64,000 nucleotides of DNA from an uncultured delta proteobacterium (GTDB taxonomy: Bacteria; Desulfobacterota; Binatia; Binatales; Binataceae). The stretch is taken from NCBI GenBank assembly GCA_963808235.1, contig CAWEEQ010000003.1, forward strand, positions 48,629 through 112,628, read 5' to 3'. The notes beneath the pieces are model-generated. The model saw only the letters and a list, made by a program, of their open reading frames with translations. It had not been told where the DNA came from and ran no database searches. Shown here piece by piece: positions 1-9,355 of the stretch; positions within the stretch are counted from its first letter, which is position 1, and each line of letters starts with the position of its first letter. A program made the position numbers and the translations under genes.

Positions 1-3000
1 CACGCCGACGAATTGGATGCGCCAATCACCCACGAGGTCAGGTGTCCATTGGCGCACTCGCCGCCCATCACGATGAAGTCGCCGCTGTTGGACCCCACGC
101 CGATGAAGCCCGCGCCCATCCCACCGCGCGACTGGTTCATCGCGGTAGTAGCGCTGAACGTGCCCTCCGCTCCGGTGCCCGGATCGTAGAGGTCGACGGA
201 AGTGGTCGTGGTCTGCTTCAGGAGAGGCAGCGTCGAGCAGGTGGATGGCATCGTACCCGCTTCGACATCGATACCGCCAAATGCCATCGCTTTGCCCGAC
301 AGGTTCCCCGTGGTCCACAGCACGGTGCCGTGACCGGCGCGCTTGGTCGCCATGTTGTTGGTGGTCGCGCTCCAGGTGCCGGTACTCGGATTGTATACTT
401 CCGCAGTATTCTGGGTCGTGCCGACTACATCGCCAGCGGTAGTGCATACGGCGGAATTCGCATTGATGCCGCCGGTGGCAAGCACTTGTCCCGCGAGAGG
501 CCCGCTCACTACCGCAGGATCGAGAGCCGTCAAGAAGAACAACTCTCGCTTACTGCCCATGCTGCCGGTCGCGGTAAAGGTGGCAGTAGTCGGGTCGAAG
601 ATGAACGCCTGTGCCGACGCCGCATACAGGAATTGGATGTTGTCGCCTCCGGCTACCAGCAATTTGCCGCCATCGTTGGGGATCAGCGCGGCTTGATGAT
701 CAACAAGGCCGCACTCGAACGTATCGGCCGCCGCAGTCCCACCTGATCCGGCGCCCAATCCCGACGCTGCAGTGTAGGTAAACGTGTTGCCGCTAATGCC
801 GGTTACGACGAAGGTACCGTTGTATCCCGCGACGCTGACGCCGGCGACTGTGACCTTGTCGCCAGAGATCAGTCCGGGCGTAGGCGACGAGGTGGTGATC
901 GTCACCGTTGTGCTGCTTTCAGACGCGGTCGTAATCGGAGTGGTCATCCCCGCGGTGCAAGTCGAAGGAAGACCGGTCGTGCAGGTCGTTCCCGCCGGGC
1001 ATCCCGGAATCGAATTGGTGGCGGTGAAGCTGTCGGCCACCGGGTCATAAATCTCCGCTGAGTTGAGCGCGGTCTGCCCCGGGGGCGACCCCGCGGGCGG
1101 AGTGGTCGCGGTGGAGATGAACGACGAACCCGAAGCTCCGCCCACGATCAGCACCTTGCCGTCCAGTGCGGTTCCCGATCCAGTGATCAAGTTCGCAGTG
1201 GGGAAGCTGCGCGTGGTGGTCATCAAGCCGCCGCTACCCGAGCCAGCCAGCGTAAACGACTTGGTGCTCTCGTTGTACAACTCTGCGGTTTGCATCGCAT
1301 CACACTGGAAACCGGCGGTGTTGCCGTAGGTCTTCGCCGCGCAGTGCTCGCCGCCTACGACCAGAACCAAACCGTTGGGCAGTACCACCGAGACCGCAGA
1401 TTCGCGATCCTGTTTGAGCTGTCCAGTGGTCGCCGCCATCGCGTTGAGGGTGCCGTCGTAATACTGCGCACCGTTGGTCGAATTGCCGAAGCTGGCCAAT
1501 GCGATCAATCCACCCAGGCTCCCGCCGCCGTCGCCACCGGCGATTAGAACGTCACCCGCTTGCGGTCCGGGCGTGGCCGTTGCCGTGGGCGTCCCGCCGG
1601 TCGAGGTCGAGGTCGCAGTCGCGGTTGTCGTGGTAGTGGCAGTTGCAGTTGGCGTCGCGACTGTAGTCGACGTTCCAGTTGCCGTGGCGGTGGCAGTCAG
1701 CGTGGCGGTCGTCGTCGCGGTTGCGGTCGCGCTCGATGAGGCCGTCGCAGTTGATGTGGCGGTCGCAGTCGCTGTGGCCGTCGCAGTGCGCGTCGCGGTT
1801 GCGGTCGCCGTGCGCGTCGCGGTCGTCGTCGCGGTTGCGGTCGCGGTCGGAGTTGGCGTGCCGCCGGTGGTCGAGGTCGCAGTCGGCGTGCCGGTCGGTC
1901 CGGCGGTGCCGAATGCTTCGCCCTTCAGGGCCAAGCTTTGGGATCCGGTCTTGCCGTTGTCGACGATCGTCAGCTTGCCGTATTCGGCCGTTCCCGAGGT
2001 GTTGCTGTCGGTCGTGGGGTTGAACGTCACCGATACCTGGCAGGTTCCTTCCTCAGGGATTGACGAGCCGCACGAGTTCGAGACCAGTTCAAAGGGGCCC
2101 GTCACGGTAATCGACGTGACATTCATCGCCAGTACGTTTGGATTCGATATGGTGTCGGTCTTAGGCGCCGAGGAGGTTCCTACCCGCACTTTGCCGAAGC
2201 CCAGCGAGGTCGGCGAAAACGTCGGGTTCCTGAGAATTCCGGTGCCGGTGAGCGCGACCGATTGAGGGCTGTTCGCGGCATCGTCGCTTATACTCAAGTT
2301 TCCGTTGATGGTGCCGGTCTCGGTGGGACTGAAGGTCGCGCTGATTGTGCAGGTAGCACTCGGCGCCAGATCCTTGCCGCTGCATGCATCGGCCGTGATC
2401 GCAAACTCTCCGGACACGGCCACGCTATCGATATGGAGAGCCACCGTATTTGGATTCTTCAGGGTCGTACTCTTGGCGGCGCTGGTATTACCAACGATCA
2501 CTTGCCCGTAGGTCAAAGTCAGCGGCGAGATAGTCAGTTTGCCCGCGACTCCGACGCCGCTCAAAGCAGATGAGCCGGCATCGGGGTTTTGGTCGTCGCT
2601 CACCGACAGCGACGCAGTGCGAGTGCCGAGCGCGCCGGGAGTGAATTTCAGCGTCACGGTGCAACTGCCCCCCGAGGCCACGTTTGCAGAGCATGGGTTG
2701 TTGGTGATCTTGAAGTCGCCAGCATCGGCGCCCGTGGTTTGAATGCGCAATCCTGTAACCGGCTGATGGGTAGAGGGATTGGTTATCTTGACGGTCTTGG
2801 CGGTGCTGGACGCAGACGTAACTCCGATGACCACATTGCCGAACGAGACGCTGGCCGGCGTTACCGTCAGACTGACAGTTGGCGTCGCCGTTGGCGTGCT
2901 GGTCGCAGTCGCCGTCGACGTGGCCGTGGAGGTTGCGGTGGCAGTTGACGTTGCGAACGTGGTTGCCGTTGCCGTCGCAGTTGCGGTCGGAGTCGCCGTG

Positions 3001-3977
3001 GCGGATGCGGTTGCAGTTGCGGTCGCCGTGTCAGTCGCGGTCGCCGTTGAGGTGCTGGTCGCGGTCGCAGTTGGCGTTGGAATTATCTGCAAGAAAGCAG
3101 CATTTTCGATCTCGGCGCTCTCGTCGATCAGGATCGAGTTCTTGCCCGAGGGCGAGGGTAGCCCGACCTTCAGATCGAGGGCCGCGTCGAGCGTCCCAAG
3201 AGGCCCGCATCCGCTTGCACCGGGGACAGCGAAGGTGTCGTCGGCCACCTCGACCTCGGTGACGACCAATGCGTTCCCGACGCTGTTGGCCTGCGGTGTG
3301 CTGCTCGGAGTCTCCAGCAGATTCAAGACGATCGGAGTAGCGTCGGTGCCGATGAAGCAGCTCGAACCAAGCACCGGGTTGTTGAGCTGGATCTTGACCG
3401 GTACCGTTAGCACACTCGATACACTCGGGGTTCCCGTGCAGGAATCGAGAGAGCCCGTCGCGCAGAAGTACGCAGTGGTGGCAGTCGGATCGACGACCGT
3501 TGCCGCCGTCACCGGGCCGGCCAGATCGATCGAGGCGGTGACGTCGTTGATGGCGTTGACTACGCCAGTGAGCCCGAGCAATCCGCCCGGCACATCCTGT
3601 GGCGGACCGCCGAAGAGCGCGCCGTTGGTAGGCGTAACTATTACTTCAGGCCCGAAAAATCCGAGGGCGGAGGGGCTGTAGGCGCCGAAGTCTGCGGTGT
3701 CAGGATTGTTGCTAATCATCGCGGTCGAGCTGCCGATCGTGAGCTCGCCGCCGGTCGTCTCGCTGTGTGCGCATAACAAAGCTGCGCCACCGGGCGGCGT
3801 GAAGCTTGTCGGGCAAAGGCTGAATTCCGAAGCAGCCCCGGTCACATCGGCCCAGGCGGCCGAGGACGAGGCGAACGACACCGACGCCGTCACGAGCGCC
3901 ACAAGCGCGGCCACTCGCATCGCTCTCCAAACGAACTGCATCAAAGAACCCAGCCCTACTCTTTCAAGCGTACGCAT
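1..3977 (-). CDS. Large secreted surface protein (>1300 aa, runs off the window): N-terminal Cys-containing domain, Thr/Ala linker, 3 ASH/choice-of-anchor-D Ig domains, second linker, Kelch/galactose-oxidase-type propeller
   Basis: Absent from the ORF track because it has no stop in the window. Manual minus-strand translation from ATG 3977 gives MRTLERVGLG...VAALVALVTASVSFASSSAAWA (signal peptide), Ig repeats (SFGNV...CTVTLKFTP; SPQSVALTGTG) and Kelch motifs (GKVLIVGG, AEIYDP, AEVYNPSTGTWS). The plus-strand Val/Ala ORFs are its in-register antisense shadow. Confidence 0.85.
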   Translation of the reverse strand, partial: MRTLERVGLGSLMQFVWRAMRVAALVALVTASVSFASSSAAWADVTGAASEFSLCPTSFTPPGGAALLCAHSETTGGELTIGSSTAMISNNPDTADFGAYSPSALGFFGPEVIVTPTNGALFGGPPQDVPGGLLGLTGVVNAINDVTASIDLAGPVTAATVVDPTATTAYFCATGSLDSCTGTPSVSSVLTVPVKIQLNNPVLGSSCFIGTDATPIVLNLLETPSSTPQANSVGNALVVTEVEVADDTFAVPGASGCGPLGTLDAALDLKVGLPSPSGKNSILIDESAEIENAAFLQIIPTPTATATSTSTATATDTATATATASATATPTATATATATTFATSTATATSTATSTATATSTPTATPTVSLTVTPASVSFGNVVIGVTSASSTAKTVKITNPSTHQPVTGLRIQTTGADAGDFKITNNPCSANVASGGSCTVTLKFTPGALGTRTASLSVSDDQNPDAGSSALSGVGVAGKLTISPLTLTYGQVIVGNTSAAKSTTLKNPNTVALHIDSVAVSGEFAITADACSGKDLAPSATCTISATFSPTETGTINGNLSISDDAANSPQSVALTGTGILRNPTFSPTSLGFGKVRVGTSSAPKTDTISNPNVLAMNVTSITVTGPFELVSNSCGSSIPEEGTCQVSVTFNPTTDSNTSGTAEYGKLTIVDNGKTGSQSLALKGEAFGTAGPTGTPTATSTTGGTPTPTATATATTTATRTATATATRTATATATATATSTATASSSATATATTTATLTATATATGTSTTVATPTATATTTTTATATSTSTGGTPTATATPGPQAGDVLIAGGDGGGSLGGLIALASFGNSTNGAQYYDGTLNAMAATTGQLKQDRESAVSVVLPNGLVLVVGGEHCAAKTYGNTAGFQCDAMQTAELYNESTKSFTLAGSGSGGLMTTTRSFPTANLITGSGTALDGKVLIVGGASGSSFISTATTPPAGSPPGQTALNSAEIYDPVADSFTATNSIPGCPAGTTCTTGLPSTCTAGMTTPITTASESSTTVTITTSSPTPGLISGDKVTVAGVSVAGYNGTFVVTGISGNTFTYTAASGLGAGSGGTAAADTFECGLVDHQAALIPNDGGKLLVAGGDNIQFLYAASAQAFIFDPTTATFTATGSMGSKRELFFLTALDPAVVSGPLAGQVLATGGINANSAVCTTAGDVVGTTQNTAEVYNPSTGTWSATTNNMATKRAGHGTVLWTTGNLSGKAMAFGGIDVEAGTMPSTCSTLPLLKQTTTTSVDLYDPGTGAEGTFSATTAMNQSRGGMGAGFIGVGSNSGDFIVMGGECANGHLTSWVIGASNSSA
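1566..1908 (-). repeat. Thr/Ala/Pro low-complexity linker (TATATAT...)
   Basis: Degenerate hexanucleotide repeats (gtcgcg/gttgcg on +) encoding TA dipeptides; boundaries approximate. Confidence 0.8.
2876..3080 (-). repeat. Thr/Ala/Ser low-complexity linker
   Basis: PTPTATATSTSTATATDTATATAT... in the large ORF; boundaries approximate. Confidence 0.8.
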
Positions 3978-4158
3978 GACTCAAACCCCCTGCTGTTGAG
4001 GTCTCCACGCTGGTCGCACTGGTGACGGCAAGTCCTTGTGCGACGGCGGGCGCCGCAGCAACTACAATCGTGAGGGACGGAATCACGATTGCCCGCGCGA
4101 GAAACTCTGGTGTGAATTGTCTAAGCGATAGTGTCTGGCGGTCACGAAACTCAGGCAT
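3964..4158 (-). CDS. Possible 64-aa ORF with signal-peptide-like segment, overlapping the start of the large surface protein
   Basis: GGAGGGG upstream of ATG 4158; MPEFRDRQ...AIVIPSLTIVVAAAPAVAQ; no recognisable domain. Confidence 0.3.
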   Translation of the reverse strand: MPEFRDRQTLSLRQFTPEFLARAIVIPSLTIVVAAAPAVAQGLAVTSATSVETSTAGGLSHAYA

Positions 4159-4345
4159 CAGGTCCCCTCCGAAGTTGCGCCAAGTTCCTGAAGGGTATTT
4201 ATTTTTTTTCGGGAATGTAGTCAAATCCAAATTAAAACAATGTTATGTATCGAGCCGATGAGAATATTTGGCTACTGAAGAGCACCCTGATTAGTCGAAG
4301 TGGTTCAGGATCATTTATGGGTTCGGAAGCGCGGACGCCGCATCT

Positions 4346-5473
4346 CTAGGGACAGTTGAGAGCGGCTCGGTAGCCGGCGCGTTCCGCGGCATCGCGAGTT
4401 GGAAATACGACTCGATTTTCGGGCGACATCCGGTCGTAGGATCTGCATCCCGGCCATGCGTAAATCTTGCTGCGCCGATTACCAATGATGGCGCCGGGCG
4501 CGGCTGATAAGTTGGACGCGGAAGTCATCACGCTCGCCGCCTCGTTTCCCGAATCGCCGGAACTAATTGGCTGCGGCCACATGTTGTTCAACAGGCTTGC
4601 CAACCTGAATCCTGCTTTGGCGAGCTGATGGCCGGCGACTTCGTCAGCACGATCGAGGTAGGCTGAGCTCAACTCGAAGGTTCCGCGCGGAGAGTTGGCG
4701 CAGGTATCGACCGTAGGCTCGCACGGCTCGACCGGGATTTGCAGAGGCGTATAGATGTCGGCCCGGGCGAGTTGGACCGATTCCCACGCGATGTCGTCGG
4801 CAACGATCCACGAATCGGACTCCTTCTCGGATGCATATATTTTTTCTAACTTGCGCGCGGTCGTATCAAACCGGCCGGAATCGATGTTGCGTTCAAGGCG
4901 GCGCACGACGGTGGTGTCCCAGACGGCGTGAAGATCCGTTGCTTGCGAATGCGAATCGACCTTCACGCAATTGCCTCCCTTGTCGGCGTCATTCGCGGCA
5001 TGGAGCGGTTGATGGATATCGCCGACAAAGTGGATGAGGAACGCGAGATCGCCGTCCGCACCGAAGCGGTCGAATTTCGCGTCTTTCAGGCGTTTTGAGT
5101 ATTCGTCGATTTTACCGGTGACGCAGTTGCCGCGGAGGCATCGCGCCGCAACGTCAGTTCGCCGGTCCTGCAGGCAGATGTTTATGAAATGCCACGGCGC
5201 CGTCGAAGGGTCTTTGTCACGGAATTCGAAGTCCGGACGGTTCGAAGCCGTTTCCATCGCGGATGCAATTGCACGTTGATCCGAGGACACGCCGAGGATG
5301 TTCGCGACGTGGCTTCGCGCCGCCGGGGTGAGATTGTCCGCCGCGATGAGCGCGACGATTTTGTGCCCGTCGGTTCCCCAGCACCACGCGGATTGAGGAG
5401 AGAGCAGAACAGCGAGCGCTGTGCTCGTGATGAGGATCACCGACGTCGCAATAAGTCTGTGTTGAGATTTCAA
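4346..5473 (-). CDS. Secreted S1/P1 nuclease with C-terminal Ada metal-binding-like domain
   Basis: Signal peptide then WGTDGH, PWHFIN, LIHFVGDIHQPLH, LHAVWD (S1/P1 zinc ligands); C-terminal GNRRSKIYAWPGC...NRVVF...AERAGYRAALNC. Confidence 0.9.
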   Translation of the reverse strand: MKSQHRLIATSVILITSTALAVLLSPQSAWCWGTDGHKIVALIAADNLTPAARSHVANILGVSSDQRAIASAMETASNRPDFEFRDKDPSTAPWHFINICLQDRRTDVAARCLRGNCVTGKIDEYSKRLKDAKFDRFGADGDLAFLIHFVGDIHQPLHAANDADKGGNCVKVDSHSQATDLHAVWDTTVVRRLERNIDSGRFDTTARKLEKIYASEKESDSWIVADDIAWESVQLARADIYTPLQIPVEPCEPTVDTCANSPRGTFELSSAYLDRADEVAGHQLAKAGFRLASLLNNMWPQPISSGDSGNEAASVMTSASNLSAAPGAIIGNRRSKIYAWPGCRSYDRMSPENRVVFPTRDAAERAGYRAALNCP

Positions 5474-5500
5474 GCACCTTCCCCCAAAACCGCGGATCGC

Positions 5501-5532
5501 TGTTCAACTGTTCAACTGGTCAACTGGTCAAC
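5501..5532. repeat. 4 x 8-bp tandem repeat TG(T/G)TCAAC in the nuclease/mltG divergent intergenic region
   Basis: tgttcaac tgttcaac tggtcaac tggtcaac read directly. Confidence 0.8.
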
Positions 5533-5596
5533 TCGAACGACATAATAGATAAAATAGAATCGTGCTCAGTCGATAGAGATCGACCGATCCAACGCG

Positions 5597-6661
5597 ATGC
5601 CTGATACTCCGCCGACAAGCCCGAAGAAATCGAAGTTCGCGGTGGCAATTGCTGTCATCGCGATCGTTGCGATTGCAGGCGCCTATGCTGGGCTCTCTTA
5701 TTATTGGCTCAATCCCACTGAGCGGTTTGTGCCGGCGCGGGAAGTTACGATTGAAAAGGGGGAGTCGTTTCGGCAAATCGCGCGCGCGCTCGAAGAGGCC
5801 GGCGTGGTGCGAAGTGCGCTCGCGCTGCGCTTCTACGGGCAGATGAATGAGACCGCGCGCGAAATCAAGCCGGGTGATTATGCGTTCAAAGGCGGGGAAC
5901 GGATTCCCGACGTGATGCGCCATCTGGTCAACGGCGATTTTATCGTGGTCACGATCACGATTCCCGAAGGCCTGACGGTGCATCAGATTGCTGAGCGGGT
6001 GAACGAATCGGGGCTCGCTTGCCAGGGTGAGTTCGAAGATGCGGCGCGCGACGGGCCGATCGTGCGAGCGCTCGGACTGACGCCGCTCGGCGCGGAAGGA
6101 TACCTGTTCCCGGCGACTTATCGATTTTCACCGCATGCGACCAGCACCGACGTGCTCGAGGCGATGCTCGCGCGCTTTTTTACGGTGCTGACGCCGGCGG
6201 TTGAGGAGCGGATGTTCGCGATGGGCCTCGACGCGCGGCGCCTGGTCACGATGGCCTCGATCGTCGAGAAGGAAGCGAAGGCGCCGAGCGAACGACCGCT
6301 GATCGCGGGGGTTTTCTACAACCGGCTGCGGCTCAACATGCCACTGCAATCGGATCCGACCGCGGAATACGAACTTGACGGGGCCGGCGGATCGGCCGCG
6401 GCGGCCGTTCACAGCACATCGGCGTTCAATACCTATGACTTCACCGGTCTGCCGCCCGGGCCGATAGCGAATCCCGGGCTCAAATCGATCGAGGCGGCGC
6501 TCTACCCTACGCAAACCGAGTATTTATATTTTGTCGCGCGCGAGGGCGGCACTCATGTATTTTCCAAGTCGTTCGATGAGCACAAGCGGGTGATCGCAAG
6601 CGAGCGAAAGGGAGTCACCGGCAGGACATCGGCAGATCCGAAGACCCTCGGGAAAAAATAG
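5597..6661 (+). CDS. mltG: Endolytic murein transglycosylase MltG (YceG)
   Basis: N-terminal TM; TIPEG, EGYLFPATY, ASIVEKE, VFYNRL...LQSDPT, GLPPGPIANPG, YLYFV. Confidence 0.95.
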   Translation: MPDTPPTSPKKSKFAVAIAVIAIVAIAGAYAGLSYYWLNPTERFVPAREVTIEKGESFRQIARALEEAGVVRSALALRFYGQMNETAREIKPGDYAFKGGERIPDVMRHLVNGDFIVVTITIPEGLTVHQIAERVNESGLACQGEFEDAARDGPIVRALGLTPLGAEGYLFPATYRFSPHATSTDVLEAMLARFFTVLTPAVEERMFAMGLDARRLVTMASIVEKEAKAPSERPLIAGVFYNRLRLNMPLQSDPTAEYELDGAGGSAAAAVHSTSAFNTYDFTGLPPGPIANPGLKSIEAALYPTQTEYLYFVAREGGTHVFSKSFDEHKRVIASERKGVTGRTSADPKTLGKK

Positions 6662-6706
6662 CTTAAGAAGGCCGCGGTTAGACGGTCGCATCTGGATTGA
6701 GTACGC

Positions 6707-6712
6707 TATAAT
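6707..6712 (+). promoter_or_regulatory. Putative -10 element TATAAT of a leaderless transcript for the MoxR operon
   Basis: Perfect TATAAT 8 nt upstream of GTG 6721; no Shine-Dalgarno sequence. Confidence 0.5.
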
Positions 6713-6720
6713 TTCATCCT

Positions 6721-8283
6721 GTGCCAAATCCCGTTGAGATCATCGGCAGCGCCGGCGCGCGTATCGCGCGGTTGGCGGCGATTCGCGTTTTTTTAGGCGC
6801 GGTCGGCCCGGCGTTGACCGCGATCGCACTCGGGCTGCTGCTCGGCCCGATCGGCGATCTCACGTGGACGAAATGGGGCTACGCGTTGTCGCCCAGCAGC
6901 GCCGAGGCGCTGCTGATTGCGCTGCTTGCGGTCGGGGTGCTCGCGCTCGCCGCTGGAGCGGCGATGGCGCTTCGGACCTATCGCAGGCGGAGCGATTTTA
7001 TCGGCGCTGCCGCTGAGCTGGATTATCTATTGGATAGTCAGGCGCAGATTCTCACGCTGGCGACGCTCGCGAATCCGGCCGGTCCCGACGGTATCCGCGC
7101 GCGGCGCACGCCGCTGTTTCCGGTCTTGTGGCGGCGCGCGATCGCGTGCTTCGAGGGCTTCGACGCCAAGCGCGAATTCAAGCTCGAAGTCGGAGAACCG
7201 CTCAAGCGCTCCTCGATCTTCGCGGGCATCGTCGCGCTTGCGATGATCCTCGCGACGCTTGGGCTGGTGCGGGTGCCTTCGCCGGAAGCGCTGGAGGCGG
7301 CAAGGTTGCGGGCGATCGCGGTCAGGATTGCGCGCTCGGCGGATGCGACTGACGAATCCGACCTGGTCGCGAAGATTCGCGAAGCGGCCGACGCGCTCGA
7401 TAATCCCAAGCTACCTCCCGAAGAAAAAAAGAAGCGCATCGAGGAAGCGATGCAGGAGGCGAAGAAGGCGGCCGAGAAACGCAGCAACAGTCAGTCGGGT
7501 AACGGCCAGGGAACCGGCAAGTCAAAGGCGCAGAGCGGAACCGGCAATAGCAAGGGAACCGGCCAGGGCAAATCGGAGAGCGCAGGCACGGGCGCTGGTC
7601 AGGGTAAAGCCGGCACCGGCGAGGGCAAGAGCGAGGCTGGCAACACGCCGGGCAAAAATCCGGGCGGCAAGGGCGGCAACGGATCGGCCAAAAACAACAA
7701 CGATAAGAACAACAACAATAAGAACAAGGGCGAGCCGTCGAGCGTCGATCTGCAAAACGAACTGGCCAAGGCCGAGGCACAAGTCGAAACTCCCGACGCG
7801 AAAAATCCCGGCACAGACAAGCAGCCCGGCGACGACAAGAACAAAGGCGGCGCCAACAAACCGGGTGAAGATCAATCCAAGACGGGCGGCGACAAGTTCA
7901 ATCCGAACATGCCTGGAAATATGCCGAAGCCGGGCAATGGTGATCGCAACGCGCCGGCGGCGGGCGGAAATAACAGCAACACAGATCGCGGATCGAACCT
8001 CGGCGATACGCATCTTGGCGAGATGCCTGCGCCCACGAAGGCCCAGCGGTATCTGAAGCCGGGCGAGAAAGGCGATGCGCTCGATATAAGGGATGCGCGA
8101 TATGTAATGTTCCGGATTCCGGGCGCGGCGGTTTCCGCCGGCGCCGGGAAGACGGTGCTCGACACTGATCGGCACAAGGCGACGACAGCATACGTGAACG
8201 CACCGCTCGCGCCGAGCAGCGACAATGCTCCGCCGGACGAGCGGCAACTGGTGCCGCCGCGCTATCGCGACATGATTCACTAG
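6721..8283 (+). CDS. Membrane protein with coiled coil and long G/K/N/S-rich disordered tail (MoxR-operon accessory)
   Basis: Three hydrophobic segments, helical region, low-complexity region, C-terminal VPPRYRDMI. Confidence 0.75.
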   Translation: MPNPVEIIGSAGARIARLAAIRVFLGAVGPALTAIALGLLLGPIGDLTWTKWGYALSPSSAEALLIALLAVGVLALAAGAAMALRTYRRRSDFIGAAAELDYLLDSQAQILTLATLANPAGPDGIRARRTPLFPVLWRRAIACFEGFDAKREFKLEVGEPLKRSSIFAGIVALAMILATLGLVRVPSPEALEAARLRAIAVRIARSADATDESDLVAKIREAADALDNPKLPPEEKKKRIEEAMQEAKKAAEKRSNSQSGNGQGTGKSKAQSGTGNSKGTGQGKSESAGTGAGQGKAGTGEGKSEAGNTPGKNPGGKGGNGSAKNNNDKNNNNKNKGEPSSVDLQNELAKAEAQVETPDAKNPGTDKQPGDDKNKGGANKPGEDQSKTGGDKFNPNMPGNMPKPGNGDRNAPAAGGNNSNTDRGSNLGDTHLGEMPAPTKAQRYLKPGEKGDALDIRDARYVMFRIPGAAVSAGAGKTVLDTDRHKATTAYVNAPLAPSSDNAPPDERQLVPPRYRDMIH

Positions 8284-8332
8284 ACGACGAATTCGAAAAG
8301 GCAGGATTCTTTCAGAAAAGGAAGGATAACGG

Positions 8333-9352
8333 ATGGGAGCGGCTCCGCAACAAATTTCGCCCGACCAGAGGGTTGCAGATTTTCGGAAAGTATTTTCGCG
8401 CGCCGAGAGCGAAGTCGCGCGCGTGATCGTGGGGCATCAGGATGTCATCCGAAAATTGCTGACCGCGCTATTCTGCGGCGGGCATATCCTGATCGAAGGC
8501 GTTCCGGGACTCGGCAAGACCCTGATGGTCAAGGCGGCGAGCGAGACGCTGGGTTTGAGCTTCAAGCGAATCCAGTTCACGCCGGACTTGATGCCCTCGG
8601 ACATAATCGGCACGCAGGTGCTGACTGAAGCCGAGGGGCATCGCGAGTTCCAGTTCAAGCAGGGGCCGATCTTCGCGCACATGGTGTTGGGCGACGAGAT
8701 CAATCGCGCGACGCCGAAGACGCAATCGGCGGTGCTCGAGGCAATGGAAGAGCATCAGGTGACCGTGTTCGGCAACACCTATGTGCTCGATCCTCCGTAC
8801 ATCGTGCTGGCGACGCAAAATCCGATCGAGTTGGAAGGAACTTATCCGCTGCCGGAAGCGCAGATGGACAGGTTCATCTTCAAAGTCGTGATGGGATCGC
8901 CCAAGCCCGACGAACTGCGCGAGATCCTGACCCGCACGACGGGCACCGCGCAGAACCCGATTCATCCGCTGTTCGAGCCGGCTCGCGCGCCGCAGGCGAT
9001 CGAGGATCTGAAGGCGCTGGTGCGCGAGGTGATGGTGGCGGAGCCGCTGGAAAGATACATCATCGGCGTGATCGGCGGATGCACGCCGGGCGGACCGGGC
9101 GCGATTCCAGAGGTCTCGCAGTACCTGCGTTTTGGGCCGAGCCCGCGCGGCGCGCAGGCGATGATACTGTGCGCGAAAGTCAACGCGCTGCTGGCCGGAC
9201 GGGTCAGCGTCAGCTACGACGATATCGACGATTCGATCGTTCCATGCCTGCGTCATCGGCTGCTGCTCAACTTCCAGGCGGAGGCGGAAAATGTTTCGTC
9301 CGAATCGATCCTCGAGCAGGTGATAAAGCGGCTGCGCAGGCCGCGCGCGTAA
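8333..9352 (+). CDS. moxR: MoxR-family AAA+ ATPase
   Basis: EGVPGLGKT, RIQFTPDLMPSDI, DEINRATPKTQSA, ATQNPIE.EGTYPLPEAQMDRF, GPSPRG. Confidence 0.95.
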   Translation: MGAAPQQISPDQRVADFRKVFSRAESEVARVIVGHQDVIRKLLTALFCGGHILIEGVPGLGKTLMVKAASETLGLSFKRIQFTPDLMPSDIIGTQVLTEAEGHREFQFKQGPIFAHMVLGDEINRATPKTQSAVLEAMEEHQVTVFGNTYVLDPPYIVLATQNPIELEGTYPLPEAQMDRFIFKVVMGSPKPDELREILTRTTGTAQNPIHPLFEPARAPQAIEDLKALVREVMVAEPLERYIIGVIGGCTPGGPGAIPEVSQYLRFGPSPRGAQAMILCAKVNALLAGRVSVSYDDIDDSIVPCLRHRLLLNFQAEAENVSSESILEQVIKRLRRPRA

Positions 9353-9355
9353 CCG

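Noticed and set aside
343-3999. Plus-strand Val/Ala-rich ORFs (e.g. 1474..2265, 2779..3681; likewise 19377..19718)
   Set aside because: Antisense shadows of the Thr/Ala linkers in real minus-strand genes
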